From Flavobacteriales bacterium (GTDB lineage Bacteria > Bacteroidota > Bacteroidia > Flavobacteriales_F > PHOS-HE28), in assembly GCA_016715995.1 (NCBI GenBank), contig JADJXF010000009.1, positions 318,436-382,435 on the forward strand: 64,000 nt of DNA, given 5' to 3'. The position numbers and the translations under genes are program-made. The notes under the pieces were generated by a model. It was not told the origin of the DNA and made no database searches. It saw only the letters and a program-made list of their open reading frames with translations. Each line of letters starts with the position of its first letter. The first letter of the stretch is position 1. Positions 17,783 to 26,418 of the stretch are shown one piece after another.

Positions 17783-17850
17783 CTCGCGCCTTCAAGTACC
17801 CTGCGCCCTGTCCATCAATGCGCCGCTGCTTCCCGTACGCCGTTCGCACG

Positions 17851-18063
17851 TCAGTTCAGCTCCCGGAGCAGCGCCTTGTACTCGGGATTCTTGCTGAAGT
17901 GTTCCGCACCGAGGCCGATCACCACGCGCGCCGAATCCAGTTGACCGGAATCCTGCAGGTGTTCGGCATGACGGACCAAGCCTTCGCGCAGCAGGCGGCG
18001 CTGGTCGGTGGGGAGCCGCTCGATGTCCGGTATCGCCGCATAGGCCCGGTCGAAACCTTTCAT
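17851..18063 (-). CDS. helical (TPR-like) ORF, probably the frame-shifted C-terminal part of the 18096..18575 gene
   Basis: Its frame is open upstream (...QLLALTQLKLRLARDAGES-MKGFDRAYAAIPDIERLPTDQRRLLREGL...) and overlaps the end of the upstream ORF in a different frame. Confidence 0.35.
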   Translation of the reverse strand: MKGFDRAYAAIPDIERLPTDQRRLLREGLVRHAEHLQDSGQLDSARVVIGLGAEHFSKNPEYKALLRELN

Positions 18064-18095
18064 GCTCTCTCCGGCATCGCGTGCCAGCCGCAGCT

Positions 18096-18575
18096 TCAGT
18101 TGGGTGAGGGCCAGTAGCTGCCAGCGGCGTTCTCGGGCTGGTATCCCGTCATCCGATCGAACTGGCGTTTGGCCTTGCTGTATTCACCCAGGTCCAGGTG
18201 CAGGAAGCCCGCATCCATCGCTGCGGTGTTCAGCTCCTGCCAATAGTCCGCGTAGTTGTTGAAGTAGGCCAGGCCCTTGTCCTTCTTGCGGAATTTCTCG
18301 GCGAACTTCAACGCTTCGCGGTGCGCGTTCTTGAATTCCGGATCCGAAGTGTACTTGTCCAGTCGGCTCATCTCATGCCAGCACATACTGCTGTAGAGGT
18401 ATGGCAATGGATCGCGGCGCGTATCGTCCTTTTCGATGTACCGGGCGGCCTTGGCGATGCACTTCTCGTACTCCTCGTCCACATAGAGCACCAAGAGGTC
18501 ATCGTACACATGGTCCTGCGCGGCGGCAGGTGTGAGCAGCAACAAGGCGGCGAGCATGATCGTCGGTCTTTGCAT
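18096..18575 (-). CDS. secreted helical/TPR-like hypothetical protein
   Basis: MQRPTIMLAALLLLTPAAAQ signal peptide, then a YEKCIAKAARYIEKD...YADYWQELNTAA helical-repeat sequence. Confidence 0.6.
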   Translation of the reverse strand: MQRPTIMLAALLLLTPAAAQDHVYDDLLVLYVDEEYEKCIAKAARYIEKDDTRRDPLPYLYSSMCWHEMSRLDKYTSDPEFKNAHREALKFAEKFRKKDKGLAYFNNYADYWQELNTAAMDAGFLHLDLGEYSKAKRQFDRMTGYQPENAAGSYWPSPN

Positions 18576-18680
18576 GGCATGTTGGATAGGGAGCGTGGGC
18601 CACAAGGATGGTGCCGACATGCCTGCGCAAACGCTCATCGCACCCGCTCCCGCGGATCTGCGATCCGTGGTCTAGCATCT

Positions 18681-19052
18681 TCAGTCACCTGTCGGCTTTA
18701 TCGCACTCGTCTCCACCATCAGCACCACGGTTTTCTTCGGTGCGCGCGGGCGATGCATCACGCCTTTGGTGATGGTAACGCCTTGCTGCGGGTTCAACTC
18801 GATCGTGCGGTCCTCCAGGTCGATCAGCAATTGACCTTCCAGCACGAAGAAGAACTCGTCGTCATCCTCGTGCTTGTGCCAGTGGAAGTCCCCTTCCAGC
18901 ATGCCCAGACGCACCACGCTGTCGTTCACTTGCGTCAGCGTTCGGTTGGCCCACTTCACCTGCGTGGCGGCAACAATCGTGGGTACATCTATGCGCTCAA
19001 GGTGCGGGTATTGCACGGCCAGGTCGATATCGTAGGTCGTCGGTCGGTCCAT
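18681..19052 (-). CDS. cupin-domain protein
   Basis: GDFHWHKHEDDDEFFFVLEGQLLIDL...TITKGVMHRP, the two cupin motifs. 123 aa. Confidence 0.8.
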   Translation of the reverse strand: MDRPTTYDIDLAVQYPHLERIDVPTIVAATQVKWANRTLTQVNDSVVRLGMLEGDFHWHKHEDDDEFFFVLEGQLLIDLEDRTIELNPQQGVTITKGVMHRPRAPKKTVVLMVETSAIKPTGD

Positions 19053-19232
19053 CGTTTCCGTATTTCGTCATCCCGGCCTTGGGGCCGGATCGTACCAAGG
19101 TATTCCATGGTCACGGCTCCCCGCGGACCCGCGATCCGTGGTTTCCTCACTCCTCCCGATTCCGCAAATGCGGACAGGTCATGCGATTCTGTGGTCACGC
19201 TTCGAGCCATTCCGTCACCACGGATCGCGGCT

Positions 19233-19984
19233 TCAATAGCCCACTAGCCGCACGACGCTCACCCGGCCATCGCGGTGCATGGCGCGCACCACATAGGTGC
19301 CAGCGTTGCTCGGTGAGAGGATCGACCGTATTGCCCCGCTGTATTGCGCAACGATCCTGCCGGTGGCATCGAGGACGTCGATGCTGCGAAGCGCATCCGC
19401 GCTTTCCACGCGGATCGGCCCACCATTGCTGGGGTTGGGAAAGAGCGAGATGCCTGAAGCGCTTGTGCCATCGCCGACTGACATGGCGCCGGGGCAGAGA
19501 GGCAGCAGCTGATGCACCTGCATGTCCACGCCGCTGAGGCCGCCCTGCACTTGGAACGAGAGGCGGATCCAGCCAGTCTGCGCGCCACGGCGATAGGCGA
19601 TGTACTGGTTGTCGATGGTGACTGGTCCAATAGCCGTGAATCCGCCGAAGTCGCCGAGCACGATCTGTACTTGGGCCGTTGTAGGTAGCCCGTGGCCATG
19701 TCAGCGCAGACCTCGATGTCGTCATCCACGAAGCGCAGCACCGCGACGTTGGGCCCGTCCACCTCAGGCGCGCCGCGGTAGAGCACAGCCTTAGCATCGT
19801 GGAAATCGTCGCAATCGAATTCGATCGAGGAAGAGTCGGCGGTAAACGGAATCGTCAGCGTGATGTCCACGTTCACATCCATGGCGCTCATGCCATCGGG
19901 CACTTCGCCCGCTAGGAGCTGGGCGTTCGCTGGCGCGCAAACGAGGAGAAGAACGCTGCAGAGGATGAGTAGGCGTGCTTTCAT
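19233..19984 (-). pseudogene. small T9SS C-terminal-sorting-domain protein with a frameshift near 19686-19703
   Basis: N-terminal frame: MKARLLILCSVLLLVCAPANAQ...DDDIEVCADMATG. C-terminal frame: PTTAQVQIVLGDFGGFTAIGPVTIDNQY...LFPNPSNGGPIRVES..DVLDATGRIVAQYS...GTYVVRAMHRDGRVSVVRLV (Por_Secre_tail). The frames differ by 1 nt and the C-terminal frame has a TGA at 19701-19703. Confidence 0.6.
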
Positions 19985-20083
19985 GTTGCGATGGATGGAA
20001 GGTGTGGCTTCGTGGATCAACCGGAAGACGATGACCCGGCCGCAGGCGCTGCCCGGAAGGCGGGCCTGGGCCTCGAGGGAGGC

Positions 20084-20470
20084 TCAAACGCTCCGGTGCC
20101 CGATGACCTGGATGATGCCGAGCCCGGATATCACCACTTGCATCCAATGGAAGGGGTCGGTCATGATCACCTGCACCACGATCCAGATGATTGTGCCCAG
20201 CCCGAGGGCGAGCGCAGCGCGGGAAGCATGGGCCGAGTGCCGAAGCGTGAGGACCAGACCCACGGCATGACCGACGCCGAGCACACCGAAGAGGAGGAGC
20301 CCCGGCCAGAAGAAATCGGTGAACGGCGAATTGGTCAGCGAGTCCAAGGGCAGCTGTATCAAGCGACCGTCGGGCGCCAGCATGAGCATCAATCCGCACG
20401 GGATGGCGCTCACGGCCATGAGGCCCTGCGCGATGATGACGGCGATCCGCATGCGGCAAATGTTCGCCAT
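20084..20470 (-). CDS. hypothetical small membrane protein
   Basis: MANICRMRIAVIIAQGLMAVSAIPCGLMLML...FFWPGLLLFGVLGVGHAVGLVL...IIWIVVQVIM, 3-4 TM helices. ATG at 20470. Confidence 0.55.
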   Translation of the reverse strand: MANICRMRIAVIIAQGLMAVSAIPCGLMLMLAPDGRLIQLPLDSLTNSPFTDFFWPGLLLFGVLGVGHAVGLVLTLRHSAHASRAALALGLGTIIWIVVQVIMTDPFHWMQVVISGLGIIQVIGHRSV

Positions 20471-20591
20471 CTCCGGGAACAGCACATGACTTTCCGCAGT
20501 TGCGGACTTATGCGCAAACGGCTGTTGCCGAATTGCCGGTCACGGCGAAGGAGGCATTCTTCTCTGGCGATTCCTTTGCCAGACGACTCAC

Positions 20592-21197
20592 ATGCCGCGC
20601 AAGTCCGCCCCCGACGCGCTGACGCTCTTCGATGCGCTGGTGTACACCCGCCTGTACCGGGTGGCCATCGATCCACCGAGCGCCGCGCACGCGTGGGTGA
20701 TGCAAGTGAGGCATCAGCTGCGCGAGCGGATCGGTGTCTTCGACGGATTCTATCGCATACCGGGCGTCGCGCTGCTGGAGGCCGACCTGCCGCCAGAGTA
20801 TGAACGGCCGCTGTCCGACGCCGTTGCGCGCGGAAGCGATGGGCTCCACGGCTTCGGGCTGCGCCTCGAGGGCATCGCCCATTCCGCCGACCGCAAGTGC
20901 ATCCACATCGCAGTGCAGGGCGATGCGGCCCTCGCGCGGCTCCGCGACGGGGTGGCGGATCATGTGCGGGCCAACCGACGCATCCGCAAGGTGGGCGTGG
21001 ATGTGGTGCCGGAACCGCGGCTGGTGATCGCCAGCGGATTGAAGGCCGCGCAGTTCGAGGCGGCATGGGCGCTGCTCGAAGGCGAGGCCTTCTCCGCCGC
21101 TCACCGCGTGAACGATCTGGTGCTGCTGCGGCGCGAGTGGGACGACACCTCCCTGGACGAGCACGTGCGCACCTTCCGGCTGGGGCCGATGGGCTGA
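20592..21197 (+). CDS. hypothetical protein (possibly a degenerate 2H-phosphoesterase/LigT-like fold)
   Basis: Two-half architecture with LYRVAIDPP... and CIHIAVQG... segments, but the canonical HxT/SxL motifs are absent. The printed sequence differs locally from the ORF track at the 3' end (see noticed_but_rejected). Confidence 0.35.
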   Translation: MPRKSAPDALTLFDALVYTRLYRVAIDPPSAAHAWVMQVRHQLRERIGVFDGFYRIPGVALLEADLPPEYERPLSDAVARGSDGLHGFGLRLEGIAHSADRKCIHIAVQGDAALARLRDGVADHVRANRRIRKVGVDVVPEPRLVIASGLKAAQFEAAWALLEGEAFSAAHRVNDLVLLRREWDDTSLDEHVRTFRLGPMG

Positions 21198-21243
21198 CCC
21201 TGCGGGTTACTTTTGGCGCGTGCAGGCACCGAAGCTCCCCACG

Positions 21244-21525
21244 ATGTTCAGCCTCTTCCGTCAGCGGAGGCTGCGGGGCTTCGATTACACGCCGCGCTAC
21301 TACGATGCCGCCAAGGAGGCTCGCGATGAGCGGCGGAAGCGCGCCACCGGTGGCCCAGCCGATCCGGAGGCCCTCCGCGAGCGGCTCCGCCATAGCTGGC
21401 AGCGCGAGGGAAGCGACCGCTCCAGCGTGATGCGGCTGGCGGTGATCATGGGCCTGGTGTGCGCGATCCTCTTCTTCATCATCAAGGGCTTCGGCCTGCT
21501 CCAGCATTTCGCATGGCCGACCTGA
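21244..21525 (+). CDS. small hypothetical protein with a C-terminal TM helix
   Basis: MFSLFRQRRLRGFDYTPRYYDAAKEARDERRKRA...MRLAVIMGLVCAILFFIIKGF. The ATG at 21244 is the first unambiguous start. Overlaps the mutL start. Confidence 0.3.
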   Translation: MFSLFRQRRLRGFDYTPRYYDAAKEARDERRKRATGGPADPEALRERLRHSWQREGSDRSSVMRLAVIMGLVCAILFFIIKGFGLLQHFAWPT

Positions 21526-23351
21526 TCAGGCTGCTGCCCGACCATGTGGCCAACCAGATCGCCGCCGGCGAGGTCGTGCAACGGCCCGCGAGCGTGGTGA
21601 AGGAACTGCTGGAGAACAGCGTGGACGCCGGCGCGTCGCGCATCACGTTGGTGGTGAAGGACGCTGGCCGCACCCTGGTGCAGGTCACCGACGACGGCAA
21701 GGGCATGAGTCCGACCGATGCGCGCCTTTGCTTCGAGCGTCACGCCACCAGCAAGATCCGCCAGGCCGACGACCTCGGCGCGATTCGCACCAAGGGCTTC
21801 CGGGGCGAGGCGCTGGCGAGCATCGCCGCCATCGCGCAGGTGGAGCTGCGGACGCGCGAGCACGACCAGGAGCTGGGCACGCGCGTGCTCATCGAAGGCA
21901 ACCGCGTGCGCGCGCAGGAGCCCATCGCGGGGCAGGAGGGCACTAGCATCAGCGTGCGAAGCCTGTTCTACAACACGCCCGCGCGCCGCCAGTTCCTCAA
22001 GAGCGATAGCGTGGAGATGCGGCATGTGCTCGATGAGTTCAACCGCATCGCGCTGGCGCATCCCGATATCGGATTCCGGCTGGTGAGCAACGACCGGGAG
22101 GAGTTCAACCTGCCGCCGGGCAGTCCCGATGCGCCGTATGGCGCCAGCATGCGGCAACGGATCACCGGCCTCTTCGGCCGCCGCTACGACGAGCGGCTGG
22201 TGCCGGTGGAGGAGGGCACGGATATCGTCTCGGTGCGCGGCTTTGTGGGCAAGCCCGAATTCGCGCGGCGATCGCGCGGCGAGCAGTTCTTCTTCGTGAA
22301 TCGCCGCTTCATCCGCAGCAGCTACCTGGAGCATGCCGTGCGCCGTGCCTATGAGGAGCTCATCACCGCCGACAGCTATCCCGGCTGGTTCCTCTTCGTG
22401 GACCTCGACCCTGCGCAGATCGACATCAACATCCATCCGACGAAGACCGAGATCAAATTCCGCGATGATCGCGCAGTGTACGCCATCGTGCATGCCGCCG
22501 TGCGCCGCGCGCTGGGGCGCTTCAACATCGTGCCCAGCCTCGATTTCGAGCCGGAGCCCGCCATGATCGCCGCGATGGGCGGCGGCGGCTCGGCCCCTGC
22601 CTGGCGCCCCACCGACCTCGGCGCATTCACCGCGCCGCCGCGCCCGAGCCCCGAGGGCTGGCAGAAGCTCTTCGACATGGGCATGGCCTCGCCGGTGGAC
22701 GACGGTCCCACGGTGGGCTCAGCCACTAGCGTGCTGCCAGTGGAGGACCGTGTGCTGCCCTCCCGCGAAGGGGAGGAGGCGGGCTCCGAGCGGCCGGTCT
22801 TCCAGTTGCACGGCCGCTACATCGTGGCGCAGGTCCGCAGCGGTGTGCTCGTGGTGGACCAGCACCGCGCGCATGAGCGTGTGCTCTACGAGCGCAACCT
22901 GAAGCTCCTCGCGCAAGGTGTCGGCATGTCGCAGACGGAGCTGTTCCCGCGGCACATCGAACTGGCCGCTGCCGACCTCGCGTTGGTGGAGGGTGTGCTG
23001 CCCGAGCTGCGCAGCATGGGCCTCGACCTGGAGCTCTTCGGCGGCCGCACCGTGCAGGTGAACGGCATGCCCGCCGAAGCGGCCGATGAGGATCCCGCCC
23101 GGTTGCTGGAGCAGTTGCTGGAGCAGTTGCGGTCGGCGGGCAGCGCGTTGCGCAACGAGCGCCACCCGGTGCTCGCGCGCGGCATGGCGCGCAGCATGGC
23201 CATCCGCCCAGGACGGGTGCTCGCCACCGCCGAGATGCATGGCCTCATCGACCGGCTCTTCGCCTGCGAGCAGCCCACGCGCACGCCCGGCGGCAAGCCC
23301 GTGCTCTTCACCCTCACGCTTCACGAGCTCGACCAACGATTCGAACGCTGA
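21513..23351 (+). CDS. mutL: DNA mismatch repair protein MutL
   Basis: MADLIRLLPDHVANQIAAGEVVQRPASVVKELLENSVDAGA...DDGKGM...GFRGEALASI, the GHKL ATPase motifs, with a C-terminal dimerisation domain. 612 aa. Confidence 0.95.
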   Translation: MADLIRLLPDHVANQIAAGEVVQRPASVVKELLENSVDAGASRITLVVKDAGRTLVQVTDDGKGMSPTDARLCFERHATSKIRQADDLGAIRTKGFRGEALASIAAIAQVELRTREHDQELGTRVLIEGNRVRAQEPIAGQEGTSISVRSLFYNTPARRQFLKSDSVEMRHVLDEFNRIALAHPDIGFRLVSNDREEFNLPPGSPDAPYGASMRQRITGLFGRRYDERLVPVEEGTDIVSVRGFVGKPEFARRSRGEQFFFVNRRFIRSSYLEHAVRRAYEELITADSYPGWFLFVDLDPAQIDINIHPTKTEIKFRDDRAVYAIVHAAVRRALGRFNIVPSLDFEPEPAMIAAMGGGGSAPAWRPTDLGAFTAPPRPSPEGWQKLFDMGMASPVDDGPTVGSATSVLPVEDRVLPSREGEEAGSERPVFQLHGRYIVAQVRSGVLVVDQHRAHERVLYERNLKLLAQGVGMSQTELFPRHIELAAADLALVEGVLPELRSMGLDLELFGGRTVQVNGMPAEAADEDPARLLEQLLEQLRSAGSALRNERHPVLARGMARSMAIRPGRVLATAEMHGLIDRLFACEQPTRTPGGKPVLFTLTLHELDQRFER

Positions 23352-24118
23352 TGCAGTACCGCACCGGCCCTTTGCAGCACACGCCCACCGTGGTGAAGAA
23401 CCTGGTGATCATCAACGCGCTCGTGTATCTCGTGAAGTACCTCGGCCGGGGGCAGTTCCTCGGCTTCGACATGGACGACGCGCTCGGCCTGCACTACATC
23501 AGCTCCCCTGAGTTCAGGCCGTGGCAGCTGGTGACGCACATGTTCATGCACGGAGGTTTCTGGCACCTCTTCATGAACATGTTCGGCCTCTTCATGCTCG
23601 GTTCGCCGCTCGAGTACCGATGGGGCTCCAAGCGCTTCCTCACGTACTACATGCTCTGCGGGATCGGTGCCGGCATCCTCAACATGGGCGTGCAGGCATG
23701 GGAGTACCATCAGCTCACTGAATGGATGGCCGCCACCGACATCGCCGCGGTGCGCGCGCAGGGCGCCGATGCGCTGATCGACCTGTGGCACGGTGGCACG
23801 GGCTTCGGCGATGAGGCCATGAACCAGCTCGCCGGCCTGCTCTTCATCGATTTGGTCGGCGCATCGGGCGCGGTCTTCGGAATCCTGCTGGCCTTCGGCA
23901 TGCTCTACCCGAACGTGGAGCTAATCCTCTTCCCGCTGCCCATCCCCATCAAGGCGAAGTACTTCGTGGCGCTCTACGGCGCGTATGAGCTGTACGCCGG
24001 ATACGCAGGGATCATGGGCCGCGGCAGCGACAACGTGGCCCACTTCGCGCACATCGGCGGGCTGGTGGTGGGCTTCGTGATCCTCATGATCTGGAAACGA
24101 CGGCTCCCGCATACGTGA
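23351..24118 (+). CDS. rhomboid-family intramembrane serine protease
   Basis: GASGAVFGIL (GxSG) and AHFAHIGG (catalytic His) across 6 TM. Its ATG overlaps the mutL TGA. Confidence 0.85.
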   Translation: MQYRTGPLQHTPTVVKNLVIINALVYLVKYLGRGQFLGFDMDDALGLHYISSPEFRPWQLVTHMFMHGGFWHLFMNMFGLFMLGSPLEYRWGSKRFLTYYMLCGIGAGILNMGVQAWEYHQLTEWMAATDIAAVRAQGADALIDLWHGGTGFGDEAMNQLAGLLFIDLVGASGAVFGILLAFGMLYPNVELILFPLPIPIKAKYFVALYGAYELYAGYAGIMGRGSDNVAHFAHIGGLVVGFVILMIWKRRLPHT

Positions 24119-24158
24119 TGCGCCCGCTACGTTCCTTCCACGGACCGATCTTTACGAC

Positions 24159-25046
24159 ATGTTCGAGGACCTGAAGCGGCAATGGCGGAGCGGCGGCATG
24201 GTGATCCGCCTGATCCTGGTCAATGCGGGCGTGTTCGTGGCGCTGCATTTGATCAACCTGCCGTTCTGGGCGATGCGCGAGCAAGGACCGGATATCCTAG
24301 GCTGGTTGTGGAGCACCAGCAACCTGGGCGAGCTGCTCTACCGCCCATGGACGGTGATCACGTACATGTTCACGCATTGGGGCTTCGGCCACATTTTCTT
24401 CAATCTGCTCATGCTTTGGTTCATGGGCCGCTTGTTCGAGGACCTGCTCGGCGGCAAACGCGTGCTGGGCACTTACATCCTGGGCGGCCTCAGCGGCTTC
24501 CTTTTCTACTTGGTGAGCTACAACCTACTGCCGGTATTCGATGGCCATGCGGCTACGAGCACGATCCTTGGTGCATCGGCCTCGGTGATGGCCGTCCTCG
24601 TGGGCATTGCCGCGTACCGTCCCGACTACGAGGTGCGGCTGCTGCTCTTCGGCACGGTCAGGCTGAAGTGGATTGCTGTGGTGCTCGTGGTGATCGACCT
24701 CGTGAGCGTGCAGGATGGGCAGAACAGCGGCGGCCACCTCGCGCACCTCGGTGGCGCGCTCTATGGCTACCTCGCTTCCATGCAATTGCGCAAGGGTAAC
24801 GACTGGTCCCTCGGTTTCGTGAACGGATTGGAGCGCATCACGGGCCTCTTCCGCAGGAAACGCGGTCCGCGCCTGCGGGTGGAGAAGGCCTTCGCCGGTG
24901 GCAAGCGCATGAGCGATGCGGCATTCAACCAGCACAAGAACAATCAGCAAGCGCGCATCGATACGATCCTGGACAAGATCAGCCGCAGCGGGTATGACAG
25001 CCTGAGCAAGGATGAGAAGGATTTTCTTTTCAAGGCTGGGAAGTAG
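24159..25046 (+). CDS. rhomboid-family protease paralog with an extended C-terminal tail
   Basis: GASASVMAVL and GGHLAHLGGALYG motifs, plus a C-terminal soluble tail ...IDTILDKISRSGYDSLSKDEKDFLFKAGK. Confidence 0.85.
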   Translation: MFEDLKRQWRSGGMVIRLILVNAGVFVALHLINLPFWAMREQGPDILGWLWSTSNLGELLYRPWTVITYMFTHWGFGHIFFNLLMLWFMGRLFEDLLGGKRVLGTYILGGLSGFLFYLVSYNLLPVFDGHAATSTILGASASVMAVLVGIAAYRPDYEVRLLLFGTVRLKWIAVVLVVIDLVSVQDGQNSGGHLAHLGGALYGYLASMQLRKGNDWSLGFVNGLERITGLFRRKRGPRLRVEKAFAGGKRMSDAAFNQHKNNQQARIDTILDKISRSGYDSLSKDEKDFLFKAGK

Positions 25047-25142
25047 ATCAGCGGGCAGTTGGCAGGGTCAGTAGGGAGTTAGCAATGATCCTCCTTCATT
25101 TCCATTCTCCATTCATCCTCTCGCAATCGTTGATCTGATCGC

Positions 25143-26285
25143 ATGACCTCCGCTCAATCAACACCGGGCAACAGCGTCAAGCCGAAGCGCGCTTCGCGCT
25201 GGCACCTGCCGCTGTGGTGGGCCAATGGTGCGGCAGTGCTGGTGCTGTTGGTCACCTACCTGGCCCCGCAGGTGAGCCCGGCCACCTTCTGGCCCCTCAT
25301 GCTGCTCGCCTTCGCCTTCCCCTTCCAGTTGCTGCTGCACCTCGGCTTCCTGTTGTATTGGCTGCTCTTCCGGCGCAAGCGCATGCTGCTCTCGGGCATT
25401 GCATTGCTCATCGGCTGGGGCCACATCGCCGATCATGTCCAGTTCTCCGGTCGGTCACAGCCGCCGAAGGGAATCACAACCGAGGCGATCAAGGTGCTCA
25501 GCTGGAACGTGCGCCTCTTCGACCTGTACAATTGGAAGAACCATCCGCACACGCGCGACCGCATCTTCGAGCTGCTGCACCGCGAGGACGCCGGGATCCT
25601 CTGCCTGCAGGAATTCTTCTCCAGCAGCAACAACCGCTTCTTCCTCACGCGCGATGCATTGGTGCAGGAGTTCCCCTACCACGAGCACCTCGGCTGGGCG
25701 CTGTCGGCGCGCAAGGAGCAGTTCGGCGTGGCCACCTTCAGCAAGCATCCCATCGTGGGCAGGGGCAGGGTGGAGTTCGCCCGGCGCAGCGGCAACATCT
25801 GCATCTGGTCCGACATCGCCATCGGGCGCGATACGGTGCGCGTGTACAACGCCCATCTGGCCAGCTACCATTTCGGCAAAGAGGATTACCGCTTCATCGA
25901 AGGCCTCGATGCCGAGCGCGATGCGGATTCGATCAAGCTCGGCGGCGGCCGCATCCTGCAACGTCTGCGCATAGGCTCTGTCCGGCGAGCGCAAGAGGTG
26001 GAGGCGATTGAGCAGCACATGGCCGCGAGCCCGTTCCCTGTGCTGTTCTGCGGCGACATCAACGATGTGCCGATGAGCTACGCCTACGCACGCTTGCGGG
26101 GCGATCGCCGCGATGCCTTCGTGGAGAGCGGGCGTGGGCTCGGCGGCACCTACATCGGTCGGCTGCCCAGCTTCCGCATCGATCACATGCTCCACGACAA
26201 GGCAATCGCGAGCTGGGACTTCCGCACCTTGCCCGAGGAGCTGAGCGACCATCACCCGATCAGCGCGGTGATCGCGGTACGCTAG
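25143..26285 (+). CDS. endonuclease/exonuclease/phosphatase (EEP) family protein with an N-terminal TM anchor
   Basis: N-terminal TM helices, then LSWNVRLFD...LCLQEF...NAHLASY...GDINDV...DHHPI, the EEP catalytic motifs. Confidence 0.85.
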   Translation: MTSAQSTPGNSVKPKRASRWHLPLWWANGAAVLVLLVTYLAPQVSPATFWPLMLLAFAFPFQLLLHLGFLLYWLLFRRKRMLLSGIALLIGWGHIADHVQFSGRSQPPKGITTEAIKVLSWNVRLFDLYNWKNHPHTRDRIFELLHREDAGILCLQEFFSSSNNRFFLTRDALVQEFPYHEHLGWALSARKEQFGVATFSKHPIVGRGRVEFARRSGNICIWSDIAIGRDTVRVYNAHLASYHFGKEDYRFIEGLDAERDADSIKLGGGRILQRLRIGSVRRAQEVEAIEQHMAASPFPVLFCGDINDVPMSYAYARLRGDRRDAFVESGRGLGGTYIGRLPSFRIDHMLHDKAIASWDFRTLPEELSDHHPISAVIAVR

Positions 26286-26418
26286 TGATGCGGACAGTGC
26301 TCCGGTGAAGCAGCGCATCGGCTGCCATCCTCGTCCTCGGATGGTCCGGCAAAACGCGCAGCTGCGTCAATCGGACGGATGCGGCGTGCATCACTGCGTA
26401 GTTTCGGGCACCCATTCC

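Noticed and set aside
21180-21241. A local inconsistency between the supplied ORF track and the printed sequence. The track translations (…RTFRLGPMG* for 20592..21197, and MQAPKLPTMF… for 21220..) require ccggCTGGGG at 21177-21186 and CTCCCCACG at 21235-21243. The printed sequence instead has ccggCCTGGGG and CTCCCACG, an extra c then a missing c 59 nt apart.
   Set aside because: The net length is zero and the effect is confined to one 60-nt line, so this is most likely a formatting or data glitch rather than biology. It changes only where the 2H-like ORF appears to stop and the first residues of the small ORF; I used ATG 21244 for the latter.
20410-21507. A 365-aa minus-strand ORF and a 218-aa ORF (20508..21164) that overlap the hypothetical 201-aa plus-strand gene and the start of mutL.
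   Set aside because: The translations are extreme in Arg/Ala/Pro composition, with no motifs and no signal. They are most likely GC-driven open frames, although the true coding strand at 20592-21197 is itself uncertain.
21300-22493. A 397-aa minus-strand ORF plus several 60-120-aa ORFs inside mutL, and similar shadows inside the second M1 peptidase gene (26545..27855), surA (42705..44132), the moxR gene (44129..44788), gap (57597..58694) and rpoD (59265..59869).
   Set aside because: Each is antisense or out of frame to a confidently identified conserved gene.
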